Assembly: GCA_963727525.1 (NCBI GenBank)
Contig: CAVSGO010000007.1
Location: forward strand, 96,001-160,000
Source of the DNA: an uncultured bacterium
GTDB lineage: Bacteria > Krumholzibacteriota > Krumholzibacteriia > LZORAL124-64-63
Reading direction: 5' to 3'
Length of the DNA stretch: 64,000 bases
Positions 28,225-38,700 of the stretch are shown here, one piece after another (position 1 is the first letter of the stretch; every line of letters begins with the position of its first letter). The position numbers and the translations under genes are program-made. The notes under the pieces were generated by a model. That model was not told the origin of the DNA, did not search any database, and worked only from the letters and a program-made list of their open reading frames with translations.

Positions 28225-29727
28225 ATGCGACCTACGATCCTGAACCTGATTGCCGGCTCCTTGCTAGCGGGCTCCTTGCTGGCCGGTGCCGCTCTGGCCG
28301 ACGGTGTCGCCACGCGCGACACCACGTATCTGCTCGGCGGCCCCGAGCGCTGGGATGGCCGTTTCGAGACGCCCGACGGTCAGCCCGACTGGCATGGCTG
28401 GACCTACGCCGAGGGCTTCGATCCGCACTGGCAGATCAGTGGGTACCAGGTGCCGCCCGGTGGCGGTACCTACACCATGTGGTGCGGCAAGACCTTCGCG
28501 AACGACTGTGCCGAGGGTTATGGCAACGACTGGACGGATGATCTCGTGTACACCGACATTGTTGCGAACCCGAACGTCGACAACGACATCAAGCTCGAGT
28601 GCGTGTTCAACTGCGATCTCGAGGAGGGACACGACACACTCGTGTTCCAGATGCTGCGCAACGATCAATGGCTGACCATCGCCGGTCCCTACGGTGGCCA
28701 CCTCGTCGGCGAGATCCTGGACGTGACGGTCACCTTCCATCCCGGCGATTACATCGGGCCATTCGGCGACATCATCCAGCTCCGAGCCCTCGTGACCACC
28801 GACGGTGCAGGTTCTGACGAGGACTGTCTCTTCGACTCCGTGGGAGCTTGTCAGATCGACAACCTCCGGGTCACTTTCCCGGATGGGTTCTCGCGCTACG
28901 AGGATTGGGAGGACCAATCGGCCGAATTCTGGCACCCCACGTTCCCGCCGCACTATGTCGTGCCCCAGCTCGGCGCCAACCTCCCCGACCCGGACCCTGA
29001 TCAGGACAACACGTCCTGGCAGGTGAACTGGCTCGACTACGTCGATCCGCCCGGCGATCCCGACGAGCTGTTCACGGGCCTGATCTACTCGCCGCCTCTC
29101 GCCATGCCCGACGAGGTCGACGCGATGATCCTGGCCTTCGACGTCTGCGTGAACAACCAGGATCTCTTCTACGAATGGCACGTTCGTTCGACGGCGTCGG
29201 ATAACCCGGACGATCTCCAGGGCGCCGCCTGGGTCAATGAGAATTTCCTCAACTTCAGCACCCCCGGTTTCCACCGCCTGGAACGGCAGGTCAGCGGGCT
29301 GCTCGTGCCGGGGGCCCGGTGGATGCAGGTGAGCATCGACGCTCTCGAGATCTTCACGTTCATGAACCTCCAGGGTGAGGACACGCCGTACTTCGACAAC
29401 GTCGTGGTGAAGGCGGCGGTGCCGGCCGGACCCACGGGCGTGCCGCAGAGCGGTGGTTTCCTGGTGCGCGCATATCCCAATCCGTTCAATCCGCTCACGA
29501 CGATCGCGTTCGAGATGCCGGAGGCCAGATGGGCGGAGGTGACAGTATTCGATCTGCGCGGGCGGCTGGTGCGGCGGCTGGTCGCGGGGGAATTCGGCGC
29601 CGGGCGGCAGGAGGTCGAATGGGACGGGCGGGATGATGCCCGCATGTCCGTGGCCGCGGGATCCTATCTGTGCCGGGTGCGGGCGGGCGAGCGGCAGGCG
29701 GTCATTCGTATGACGCTGGTGCGGTGA
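28225..29727 (+). CDS. Secreted acidic beta-sandwich protein with a C-terminal FlgD-Ig/CTD-like domain
   Basis: Signal peptide, MWCG..GYGNDW..DLEEGHD..QLR..TDGAGSDED..IDNL (jelly-roll/MAM-like), YPNPFNP..WDGRDD. Confidence 0.88.
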   Translation: MRPTILNLIAGSLLAGSLLAGAALADGVATRDTTYLLGGPERWDGRFETPDGQPDWHGWTYAEGFDPHWQISGYQVPPGGGTYTMWCGKTFANDCAEGYGNDWTDDLVYTDIVANPNVDNDIKLECVFNCDLEEGHDTLVFQMLRNDQWLTIAGPYGGHLVGEILDVTVTFHPGDYIGPFGDIIQLRALVTTDGAGSDEDCLFDSVGACQIDNLRVTFPDGFSRYEDWEDQSAEFWHPTFPPHYVVPQLGANLPDPDPDQDNTSWQVNWLDYVDPPGDPDELFTGLIYSPPLAMPDEVDAMILAFDVCVNNQDLFYEWHVRSTASDNPDDLQGAAWVNENFLNFSTPGFHRLERQVSGLLVPGARWMQVSIDALEIFTFMNLQGEDTPYFDNVVVKAAVPAGPTGVPQSGGFLVRAYPNPFNPLTTIAFEMPEARWAEVTVFDLRGRLVRRLVAGEFGAGRQEVEWDGRDDARMSVAAGSYLCRVRAGERQAVIRMTLVR

Positions 29728-29941
29728 GGCGGGTTGGCCGGGGCCACTACGTTGCCGGCGCGATCGACGGGTTGGCGTGTTCGGCACGGCGGTCAGCATC
29801 GTCTCGCACGCCAGGGAATCCGTGGCCTTGTCGACTCCTCGATACGGATGGTGCCGGTATCGGGTAGCGTCGCCTCCGGCGCGGCGATCGCGGCGACGGC
29901 TCCCGGATGTCACCGCGTGGTGATGATTCCGACGATTTAAG

Positions 29942-29969
29942 TAGACTTTTTTCCCGCCATTGATACCAT
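29942..29969 (+). promoter_or_regulatory. Sigma-70-type promoter, probably giving a leaderless ECF sigma mRNA
   Basis: TAGACT-N16-TACCAT with a TGa extension. The ATG at 29976 is 6 nt after the -10 and has no Shine-Dalgarno. Confidence 0.5.
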
Positions 29970-29975
29970 GTTGTC

Positions 29976-30578
29976 ATGGATGGCCAGACGACACCTCGCG
30001 ACGACGCCGAGCGCACTCATCACGTGACGGTTGTGCTGCACGCCGCGCGGGGAGGCGACCCGGGTGCGCTCAGCGAGGCATTTCAGCTGGTCTACGAGGA
30101 CGTGCGGGCCATCGCCCGGGCGCGAGTGTCGCGTCTCGGCGTTGGCTCGACGCTCGACACCACCGCCGTCGTGCACGAGGCCTACCTCAAGCTCGCACGG
30201 CACGGCGAAATGGCGTGGGAGGACCGGCAGCATTTCTTTGCCGTCGCATCGGCCGCCATGCGCCAGGTCCTGCTGGACCACGCGCGCCGCCACCTGAGTA
30301 TCAAGCGAGGCGGCGGTGCCGCACACGTGCCGCTCACCGACGTCGACGCCGCCATCGACGTCCAGGCCCGCGACGTCGTCGCCCTTGACGCGGCCCTGAC
30401 CCGCCTCGCCGCCCTGGACGCTCAGCTGGCGCGCGTCGTAGAACTGCGTTTCTTCGGTGGCCTCACGGTCGAGGAAGCGGCGCAGGCACTTGGCGTGAGC
30501 GAATCCACCGTCAATCGGGCCTGGCGACGGGCCCGCGCGTTCCTCCACCGTCAACTCGTCGGCTCCACCGCCGTCTGA
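29976..30578 (+). CDS. Kinase-associated ECF sigma factor (TIGR02999 / ECF43-like)
   Basis: TLDTTAVVHEAYLKL, DRQHFF, AMRQVLLDHAR..KRGGG, VELRFFGGLTVEE. Confidence 0.93.
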   Translation: MDGQTTPRDDAERTHHVTVVLHAARGGDPGALSEAFQLVYEDVRAIARARVSRLGVGSTLDTTAVVHEAYLKLARHGEMAWEDRQHFFAVASAAMRQVLLDHARRHLSIKRGGGAAHVPLTDVDAAIDVQARDVVALDAALTRLAALDAQLARVVELRFFGGLTVEEAAQALGVSESTVNRAWRRARAFLHRQLVGSTAV

Positions 30579-30584
30579 GCAACC

Positions 30585-33218
30585 ATGGCAATCGACGATC
30601 CCTCTCGCTGGCACCGGGTCGACTCCATCCTGGACGAGTTGCTGGCCACACCACCCGCTGACCTTGGCACCCGCATCACCGAGCTTGTCGGAGACGACCG
30701 GGACCTGCGCGAGGAGGTCGAAGATCTGCTGAGGTACGACAGGAGCGGCCACGGCCTTCTCGATCGCTCCGCCTCCGACCACTTCGACGCGCTCTTCGCC
30801 GCCGCCGCGCGCGCCGACGGGCCGCCGGCAGACCTCACGGGCAAGCAGGTGGGACCCTTTCAGATCATCGGCCGGCTCGGCGAGGGCGGCATGGGCGTCG
30901 TCTTCGCGGCCCGCCAGACGCACCCGTCGCGCACCGTGGCCCTGAAGGTGCTTCGCGCCGGCATCTTCGCCGGCACCCACCAGCTGCGCATGTTCCGCCG
31001 CGAGGCGGAGAGTCTGGCCCGGCTCGCCCACCCCGGGATCGCCGCCATTTATGACGCCGGCCGTACCGACGACGGCCTGCACTGGTTCGCCATGGAGCAC
31101 GTGCACGGCGTGTCGCTCGCCGCGTGGGCGCACGCGCGGCCCGCGCCGATCACGCGGGCGGAGATCGCCGCACGCGTGACGGTCTGCCTCGCTGTGTGCG
31201 ACGCCATCTCGCACGCCCACCAGCGCGGCGTCGTCCACCTGGACCTCAAGCCGTCGAACATCATGGTCTTGCCGGAGGCCGACCCCGGGAGCACGGCCGC
31301 GGTAAAGGTGCTGGACTTCGGCATCGCCCGCATCACTGGCGGCGAGGCCGGACCGACGACCATCAGCCACGACGGTCGCGCCTTCGCGGGCACCCTCGCT
31401 TACATGAGCCCCGAGCAGGCCGCCGGCGATGCGCGCGATCTCGACGTCCGCAGCGACGTCTACTCGCTCGGCGTGCTCTTCTACGAGCTGATCACCGGGC
31501 GATTGCCGGTGGACGTGCACGGCGCGTCGTTGCCCGAGGCAGCGCGCCTGATCCGCGAGCGGGTTCCGGCACGGCCCAGCGAAGCGTGCCGCCTGCTACG
31601 TGGCGACCTCGAAACCATCGTCCTCAAGGCGCTCGCCAAGGATCCGTCGCAGCGGTACCAGAGTGTCGCGGTTCTCGCCGAGGATATCCGTCGTTACCGC
31701 GACGACCTGCCCATCTTCGGCCGCCCGCCGAGCACGATGTACCAGTTGCGGAAGATCGTCGTGCGCCATCGAGTGGTGATTGGATTCGCGGCGGCTCTCC
31801 TGGTGACCCTGATCGGTGCCGTCGGTGGGACCGCGTTCGGCCTGATTCGCGCCAAGCGTGCCGAAACGGCGGCGCGCGCCGAGGCCGCCACCTCCGAGAA
31901 GACCGCGAGCTTCCTCGAGTCTGTGTTCCACGTCACCGACCCGGGCGAATCCGGCGGCAGTGCGGTGACCGCGCGGGAGCTGCTCGACCATGCGGTCGCC
32001 GACATCGACACCCAGCTCACCGACCAGCCTCGCGTGCGCGGTCGCCTCCTCGCGTCGATGGGCAACGCCTATCGTCAGCTCGGCTATTACCGCGAGTCAC
32101 GTCCGCTCCTCGAACAGGCCGTGGTACTCCAGCGCGAGGCACTCGGCCCGGACGACCCCCGCGTCGCCCGCAGCCACTACGTGCTGGCCGGCCTCTTGCG
32201 GCGGCTCGGTGAGTTCGACGCGGCTCGCGAACACTATCAAGCGGCGCTCGACATCCGGGAACGCGCTCGGATACCCGGCGACGTCGCCGTCAGTCTCGGC
32301 GGCCTCGCCAACCTCGACGTGGACGTGGGGCGGCTTGACGAGGCCTGCGATCTCTACCGCCGCGCGCTGGCCATCACGGCCGAGGTTTCCGGCCGCGATT
32401 CGCCGCGCTTTGCCTCGCAGCTGTCCGGCCTGGCTCTCGCGCAGTGGCACCTCGGGAACGCCGACTCGGCCCGCACCGCGCTCGAACGCGTCGTCGCGAT
32501 CCAGCGCGGCACGCTGGCCCCGGACAACCTCGACCTCGCCTGGAGTCTGACCACCCTCGCCGGCTTCTATGCGCAGGGCGAACAGAACGCGCGGGCCCGT
32601 GCGCTCTCGGAGGAAGCGCTCGCCGTGCAGGAGCGCGCGCTCGGACCCAACCACACGGACGTGGCGGAGACCCTGGACGTCCTGGCGAATCTCGATCGCC
32701 TGGAGGGTCGCGACGCGCAGGCGCTCGCCCTGCACCAGCGCGAGGTGGCGATCTGGGAGAAGGCGGTCGGCACGGAGAATCCGACCTACGCCATGGCTCT
32801 CGAACACCTCGCCCGCGACCTGGCCAGCGTCGGGCGCCTCGACGAGGCGATCGCCGCGGCTGAACATTCCCGCGAGGTCTTCGCCCGGAACTTCCCCGCG
32901 AATCACCGTGCCGTGACCAAGAACCAGATCATCCTCGCCACCCTGTACCGCGATGCCGGACAGCCCGCGCGAGCCCGGCCGCTGCTCGAGGCTGCCCTGG
33001 CCACCCGCGAACGGGAATTCGGTAACGACAGCCGCGGGGTTCTCGAGGTGGAAATCGAGCTTGGCCGGACCTGCCAGGTGCAGCAACGATGGGCCGAGGC
33101 GCGGCGGCACTACGAGCGCGCTCTGGGGATCGCCGAGAAGGCCGAAGATGAACCCCGGTTGGTGCGCGTGATCCAGGACGAGATGCAGACCGTGGCGCTT
33201 CAACCGGCCGGCCGATGA
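30585..33218 (+). CDS. Hanks-type Ser/Thr protein kinase with a TM helix and C-terminal TPR repeats
   Basis: GEGGMGVV, VALK, HLDLKPSN, DFG, GTLAYMSPEQ, DVYSLG. TM VVIGFAAALLVTLIGAVGG, then kinesin-light-chain-like TPRs. Confidence 0.96.
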   Translation: MAIDDPSRWHRVDSILDELLATPPADLGTRITELVGDDRDLREEVEDLLRYDRSGHGLLDRSASDHFDALFAAAARADGPPADLTGKQVGPFQIIGRLGEGGMGVVFAARQTHPSRTVALKVLRAGIFAGTHQLRMFRREAESLARLAHPGIAAIYDAGRTDDGLHWFAMEHVHGVSLAAWAHARPAPITRAEIAARVTVCLAVCDAISHAHQRGVVHLDLKPSNIMVLPEADPGSTAAVKVLDFGIARITGGEAGPTTISHDGRAFAGTLAYMSPEQAAGDARDLDVRSDVYSLGVLFYELITGRLPVDVHGASLPEAARLIRERVPARPSEACRLLRGDLETIVLKALAKDPSQRYQSVAVLAEDIRRYRDDLPIFGRPPSTMYQLRKIVVRHRVVIGFAAALLVTLIGAVGGTAFGLIRAKRAETAARAEAATSEKTASFLESVFHVTDPGESGGSAVTARELLDHAVADIDTQLTDQPRVRGRLLASMGNAYRQLGYYRESRPLLEQAVVLQREALGPDDPRVARSHYVLAGLLRRLGEFDAAREHYQAALDIRERARIPGDVAVSLGGLANLDVDVGRLDEACDLYRRALAITAEVSGRDSPRFASQLSGLALAQWHLGNADSARTALERVVAIQRGTLAPDNLDLAWSLTTLAGFYAQGEQNARARALSEEALAVQERALGPNHTDVAETLDVLANLDRLEGRDAQALALHQREVAIWEKAVGTENPTYAMALEHLARDLASVGRLDEAIAAAEHSREVFARNFPANHRAVTKNQIILATLYRDAGQPARARPLLEAALATREREFGNDSRGVLEVEIELGRTCQVQQRWAEARRHYERALGIAEKAEDEPRLVRVIQDEMQTVALQPAGR

Positions 33219-33608
33219 CTGCCCGGGTCGTGCACGGTCGCCGTCCACTCGCTCGGAGGAAGTCCCTCTGCGCGGAGATGGCCGGATCGCTCAGATTGTC
33301 GACGCCGTCTTCCCAGTGATCCGCGATCGGACCGTATTGAGGGGTGTACGGGATGGCGAAGCGTCCGTGCTCGAGCCGTATGGCGAACAGGGCAAATCCG
33401 GTGCGGTCCCCGTCGACGAGCTTGAGATGAGGGAGGATCACATGATGTCGATGCCAGGGGAAGATGGTCGAGATTGATTGCTTACACCTGAGCGGCGCAT
33501 CGCCGTTCTGGCTGTGTCTCTAGCCGGCCGTGACGGGCGCGATCCTGGTCGTTCTTGCTGGCTGGATGGCGCGGCGTTTCGGTGGCGGACGCCGCGCCGA
33601 TCCCAATA

Positions 33609-34217
33609 TCAACCGGTGCGATCGAGCCAGCGCAGGATCTGGTAGCCTGGCTGTACCACCTCGCCGTCGGACACGATGTCGTCGCGCACGACCTCGAAGA
33701 TACACAGGCCGCGCACCTCGAGATCCACGTCCCGCGAACGCTCGAAGCGCACCTGGACGGCATAGGTGCGCGACAGCACCTCGCGCGTACCGGCCGCTGT
33801 CGTGACGACCGTCCACGGTCCCTGTGCCTCGCAGCGCACGAACACGATCCGGTCGATTCCAGCGATCGTGACTCCGTCCTTCACGCGGTCGTGACCGCTG
33901 AACATGTTGGCGGTGATGCGCAGCTCCTCATCGCGACCCCACGACGCCGGCTGTCCCAGCGCCACGTCGCTCGGATCGAGTTCGAACACGAAGTCGCGAT
34001 GCAACGTCGCCGCGAACCCCTCCAGGTCGCGAGTACCATAGGCCGCCATGAAGTTGGCCATCAACTGGTCGGCCGACATGGCCAGCGGGTATGCCTTGGC
34101 CTGCGGATTCGGCATCACGATGCTGTCGTCGGCCTGGCAACCGAGCAGCAGCCAGGCAAGCGTCAGCAGGATCAGGGTCATCGTGGCGATGATGGCGTGA
34201 GTGAGGATGGACTTCAT
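33609..34217 (-). CDS. Putative lipoprotein with an NTF2/SnoaL-like fold
   Basis: RBS AAGGAGG, lipobox LLLG-C, SADQLMANFMAAY..DFVF..WGRDEELRITANMF..YQILRWLD. Confidence 0.8.
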   Translation of the reverse strand: MKSILTHAIIATMTLILLTLAWLLLGCQADDSIVMPNPQAKAYPLAMSADQLMANFMAAYGTRDLEGFAATLHRDFVFELDPSDVALGQPASWGRDEELRITANMFSGHDRVKDGVTIAGIDRIVFVRCEAQGPWTVVTTAAGTREVLSRTYAVQVRFERSRDVDLEVRGLCIFEVVRDDIVSDGEVVQPGYQILRWLDRTG

Positions 34218-34286
34218 GGTGGACCTCCTTGATCGCGTGGGGATCTCGGCACCTGCACCGGTACTCCAGCCTCTTCCGGATGTGCG

Positions 34287-34317
34287 AAGACGCACGGATA
34301 CGAACTCCGTGCGTCTT
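34287..34317. terminator. Perfect 12-bp hairpin (terminator or leader structure)
   Basis: aagacgcacgga-tacgaac-tccgtgcgtctt, between the SGNH gene and the lipoprotein gene. Confidence 0.5.
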
Positions 34318-34437
34318 TGTAAATCTTATATCTATAGCGACTTACGTGGCTTTGTCGCCGTCTCGTGACGTTACGGTGCGTCGCGCCGGCTGTCAAGATC
34401 GGTCAGTTCGATTGCGCGCGTCGCGTCCGATGTCGCT

Positions 34438-35787
34438 TCAGTATTGCGTCCGGTGCTGTCGATACTGATCCACGCGCTTCTGCAACGCGGTACGGCGCGG
34501 CTGCGTGTCGGCGGAATCGCCGAGTGCGGCGATGGCGGCCTCGGCGTCGCGGATGGCGGCGTCGAACTCGCCAGCTGCGGCGTGAGCGGCGGCGCGTACA
34601 TCCAGCACGTCGGCCGACGGCGGCTGGTCGGCCAGGGCGGCGAGTGCGCGCGCCCCGTCGCGCAAACTGTCGACCGGGCAGGTGGCGAGGGCCCAGGCCC
34701 ATGTCACGCGAGGCACCGGATCAGCGGGCGCGGCCTCGACAGCGGAGTGCAGCGCGGCGAGCGCGGCGGGCCAGTGGCCCTGTTGCCGCCGCACCTCGCC
34801 GAGGATCGACCACGCGACCGGAAGGTCGGCGCCCTCGCGTCCGCCGAGACCGGGCACGATATCGCGGATGTGCTGGGCGAGCACCGCGGCCAGTACGAGG
34901 TGCCCGATCTGGGTGGGATGGATGCCGTCGCGCATGAGCAACTCCGGCCAGGAAGCGATGGCTGCATAGACGCCGGCCGCATCGACGACGTCGGCCCCGG
35001 TCTCGTCGCCGACCTGACGCACGAGCGTGAGGTACTCCTCGTGCAGGCCGGTGGGATCGTCATCGGGTAGCACGTTGCCGTTCTCGATCAGCCGCGCGCC
35101 CGCCTCGGCGGTGATGTGGTGCGGCGCCAGCACGAGCACCGGCTGCGCGCCCCGGGCACGCAGGTCGGCGATCATGGCGCGCAGGTTCGCGGCGTAGTCG
35201 TCGGGCGCTACGCGCAGCGGCGGCGGCTGGTGCGGCTTGACGAGCAGGTTCAGCAGGCGCAGCCGCGTCGGCCGCAGCAGGTGGGCCAGCTCGCGATCGC
35301 GGAATCCCGTGGACCGCCAGTGGTCGTTCCAGCCGAAATAGATCACGACCACGTCGGGTGCGAGATCGAGCAATCCCCGCTCGAGCCACGCGCGTCCCTG
35401 GTACGTCGTGTAGCCAGGCAGGGACGCGTTGTAGACCTCGGCGCCGGCCAGGAAACGCTCCATGGCCAGGGAGTAGGGCACGCCCGCGTCAGTGAGGCGC
35501 GTGCAGGAATCGCCGAGGCAGAGCACGCGCGGCTTGCCGTCGCGCGCGGGCATGGTCTCGCGCGGCCGCAGGAACCGGTCGGGTCGATCGTAGTCGAGCC
35601 CCGGCTTTGCCTCGCGCCACAGGAATACCGGATCGGCCACCATCACGCCCGAGGCGATGCGTGCGGCCGTGTTCTTATCGAGGATCAGACCGGGCTTCAG
35701 CGGACCCGCGCCCGTGATGCGCAGGGCCACCTCGGCCAGCACCAGGGTCACGACCATCGCGGCGAGCGCGAGCAGCAGTTTCTTCAC
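34438..35787 (-). CDS. SGNH/GDSL hydrolase with an N-terminal TM anchor and C-terminal TPRs
   Basis: LGDSCT, PGYTT, FGWND, DGIHP blocks. C-terminal AWALATCP..RDG..A TPR module. Confidence 0.9.
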   Translation of the reverse strand: MKKLLLALAAMVVTLVLAEVALRITGAGPLKPGLILDKNTAARIASGVMVADPVFLWREAKPGLDYDRPDRFLRPRETMPARDGKPRVLCLGDSCTRLTDAGVPYSLAMERFLAGAEVYNASLPGYTTYQGRAWLERGLLDLAPDVVVIYFGWNDHWRSTGFRDRELAHLLRPTRLRLLNLLVKPHQPPPLRVAPDDYAANLRAMIADLRARGAQPVLVLAPHHITAEAGARLIENGNVLPDDDPTGLHEEYLTLVRQVGDETGADVVDAAGVYAAIASWPELLMRDGIHPTQIGHLVLAAVLAQHIRDIVPGLGGREGADLPVAWSILGEVRRQQGHWPAALAALHSAVEAAPADPVPRVTWAWALATCPVDSLRDGARALAALADQPPSADVLDVRAAAHAAAGEFDAAIRDAEAAIAALGDSADTQPRRTALQKRVDQYRQHRTQY

Positions 35788-35796
35788 GGCCGCCAA

Positions 35797-38700
35797 TTAC
35801 TTCACCAGCGCCATGCGGTGGACCTCGTCGTGGACCCCGCTGCGCACGCGGTAGAAGTAGACGCCTGCCGCCACGGCGCGACCCTGCCCATCGTCGCCGG
35901 CCCAGCGCACGGTGTGTTCGGCGGCCGGCAGTTCGGCGTCCACGAGGGTCTTGACGCGTCGCCCGGCAATGTCGTAGACGACCACCGTCGTGGGTGCTGC
36001 GGCAGACAGCGCGAAGCGGATCGTGGTCTGCGGATTGAAGGGGTTCGGGTACGCGGGATCCACGCGGAAGGCCACTGGCACGCCCGGCAGATCGTCCTGA
36101 ACACCCACGCCGCCCGAGCAATTCACATCGAGGGCGCCGATGAGACCACAGCCGCCGCTGTGGTCCGGTGCGCAGGGTGAGTTGTCGGCGATGGTGTAGT
36201 CGTCGGCCCCGGCGTCGCAGAACAGGGGGTTGGCGGCGATGTTGCCGTCACTGCCGGTAGGATCGGTCACGCCGCCGTAGGCCGCGTTGTCGTTGCCGAA
36301 GGCGTCGTCGCAGGCGAAGGTCGCCGTGCCGCCGACCACGTGGAAGCCGTTGCCGTAGGCGGCACCCCCGGTGTTGAAGGCGCTGATGGTATTGCTCGCC
36401 GACAGCGTGGATCCGGAGGCATAGAGTCCGCCGCCGCCGCCGCCGCCGTTGTTCGCGGTGAGCGTGAGGTTCGCGACCGTCGCGTCCGGACAGTTCTCGA
36501 TGATCGCGGCCCCGCCCCAGAACTGCGCCGTGTTGCCGGCGACGACGGAATTCGTGAGCACGCAATCCGGACTGGCCGTCACATGGACCCCGCCGCCGAT
36601 GTTGGCCTCGTTGCCGGTCACCGTCAGGCCGGTCGCGGCCACGGTGGCGCCGCTGGCGTAGAGCCCGCCGCCGGCCATGAAGGTGCTCGTGGCGAGCCGG
36701 ATGTTGTCGGCAAGCGTGACGTCGGTGAGGGAGAGGTCGCCGCCCACCTGGGCGATGCCACCGCCGCTGGCCCTGGCGGAGTTGCCCACCACCGCGCCGC
36801 CGCTCATCGTGAGGCTCGTGCTCGCGCCGAAGCCGCCGGCGTAGATACCGCCGCCCTGCTCGGTACCCAGGTGTCCGGAGACCGTGCAGTCGGTGAGCAC
36901 GATCGAGGTGTCCACGGCATGCAGACCGCCGCCGCGGGCGGGGTAGGTCCCGTTGTCGGTGATCACGGCGTTGTCGGCGATCGTCACGCTCGTGAACGTG
37001 GGCGATCCGAGGTACACGAATACGCCGGCGCCGTAGATGCCGGTGTTCGCGGTCACCGCGATGTTCTCGAGCACTGCGGTCGAGTTGTAGAGTGCGATGC
37101 CGCCGCCCAGTCCCAGCTCGCCGCTGCCACCGACGCTGTTGCCCGTGAGCATGAGATTGCGCAGCGTGGGCGACGTCTGGTTCAGCATGATGCCGCCACC
37201 GTAGCGGCCGCTATAGGGGATGTTGGAGAAGAGCCGACCGCCGCCGCCCTGGATCCGGAAACCGTCTACCTCGCACGCGTTGGTGATACTTCCGGTGAAC
37301 TGCAGGGCGGGATTCGCCAGGTTTCCCGTGATCACGGTGGGCGTGCCCAGGGGATCGCGGCTCGTATAGCCCGCGGCATATCCGCCGAAGATCTTCAGAC
37401 TCTTGCCGAGCAGTGTGGTGGCAGACAGGGGATGGGATGCGAGCACCTTGATGGTATCGCCCACCGCAGCCTCGTTCACGGCGTCGCGCAGGAGGAGGAA
37501 CTCGCCGGGCACCTCCTGCACATGGTCGCCGAGCGCGCGCAGGAGGTTCACGCGGCCGGAGCCGAGCTGACCCTCGAAACCGGGATTGAGTGCATCGATG
37601 CTGTCCGCCGAGTTGCGTAGGGTGGACGAGATCTGACTGGCGGAATACTGCGGATGCGCCGACCAGACCAGAGCTGCCGCGCCCGCGGTGATCGGCGAGG
37701 AGAAGCTGGTGCCCTGCGTCGAGGTGTAGAAGTGTGTGCCGTTGGTATGGTTGTACGCCGTCGTGTAGATAGCCACGCCCGGAGCGGCCAGTTCCACCCA
37801 CGTGCCGTAGCTGGAGAAGCTCGCGCGGATGTCCGAGCCGTCGGTGGCCGCGACCGCGAGTACGCGGGCATCGGGATACGAGCCGAGATAGCTGGCCACG
37901 TTGTCGTTGGCGTTGCCGGCGGCGGTGCAGATCAGACCTCCCTGTGCGAGCACGGTGGCCACGGCCGAACTGAGGAAGCTCGACGAACCCCAGGAGCAGT
38001 TGACGATCTTCGCGCCGTTGGTGACGGCGTAGACCATGCCCTGGGCCGCGAAGTCCATGCGCACGACACCCTGCGTCTCGCCGTCCGGCAGCCAGCCTAC
38101 GCGAATCGCCATCACCTTCACGCCCGGGGCGGTGGCAGCCACGCCGATGCCGTTGTCGGTGATCGGCGCCACGCAACCGGCGCAGTTGGTGCCGTGGCCC
38201 TCGTAGTCCATGGGGTCGTTATCCGGCGTGGCATCGTCCTCGTCGGGCCAGCCCTGGCCCGGCACGTCGACGAAGTCCCAGCCTCGGATGTCGTCGACCT
38301 TGCCGTTGCTGTCGTCGTCCACGCCGGGCGTGCCGTAGTATTCGTCCCAGTTCGTCCACACCGATCCGTTTACGTGGTCCGGGTGGGGGCCGCCGAGATC
38401 GGGATGCTGCCAGTCCATGCCCGAGTCGGTGATCGCCACGATGACGCTACTGTCGCCGAGCGACTCGGCCCAGCCGCCCACGGCACGGATGTCCTTGCCG
38501 CCGAGGGTGACGTTGCGCAGGAAGTACTGCTGGTCCGTGAGGTCGTTCGGGAGGAACGCGTCGCACTGCTTGCAGATGTCCACCGCCTGCGCCTTCGCCA
38601 CCTCCACGGCCCCGGCGTAGGCGGCCAACACGGTCTGCAACCCTTTCGCGGCGGGGAAATCGACGGTGTAGACACGGCCCAGCTCGTCGCGCAGCGCGTC

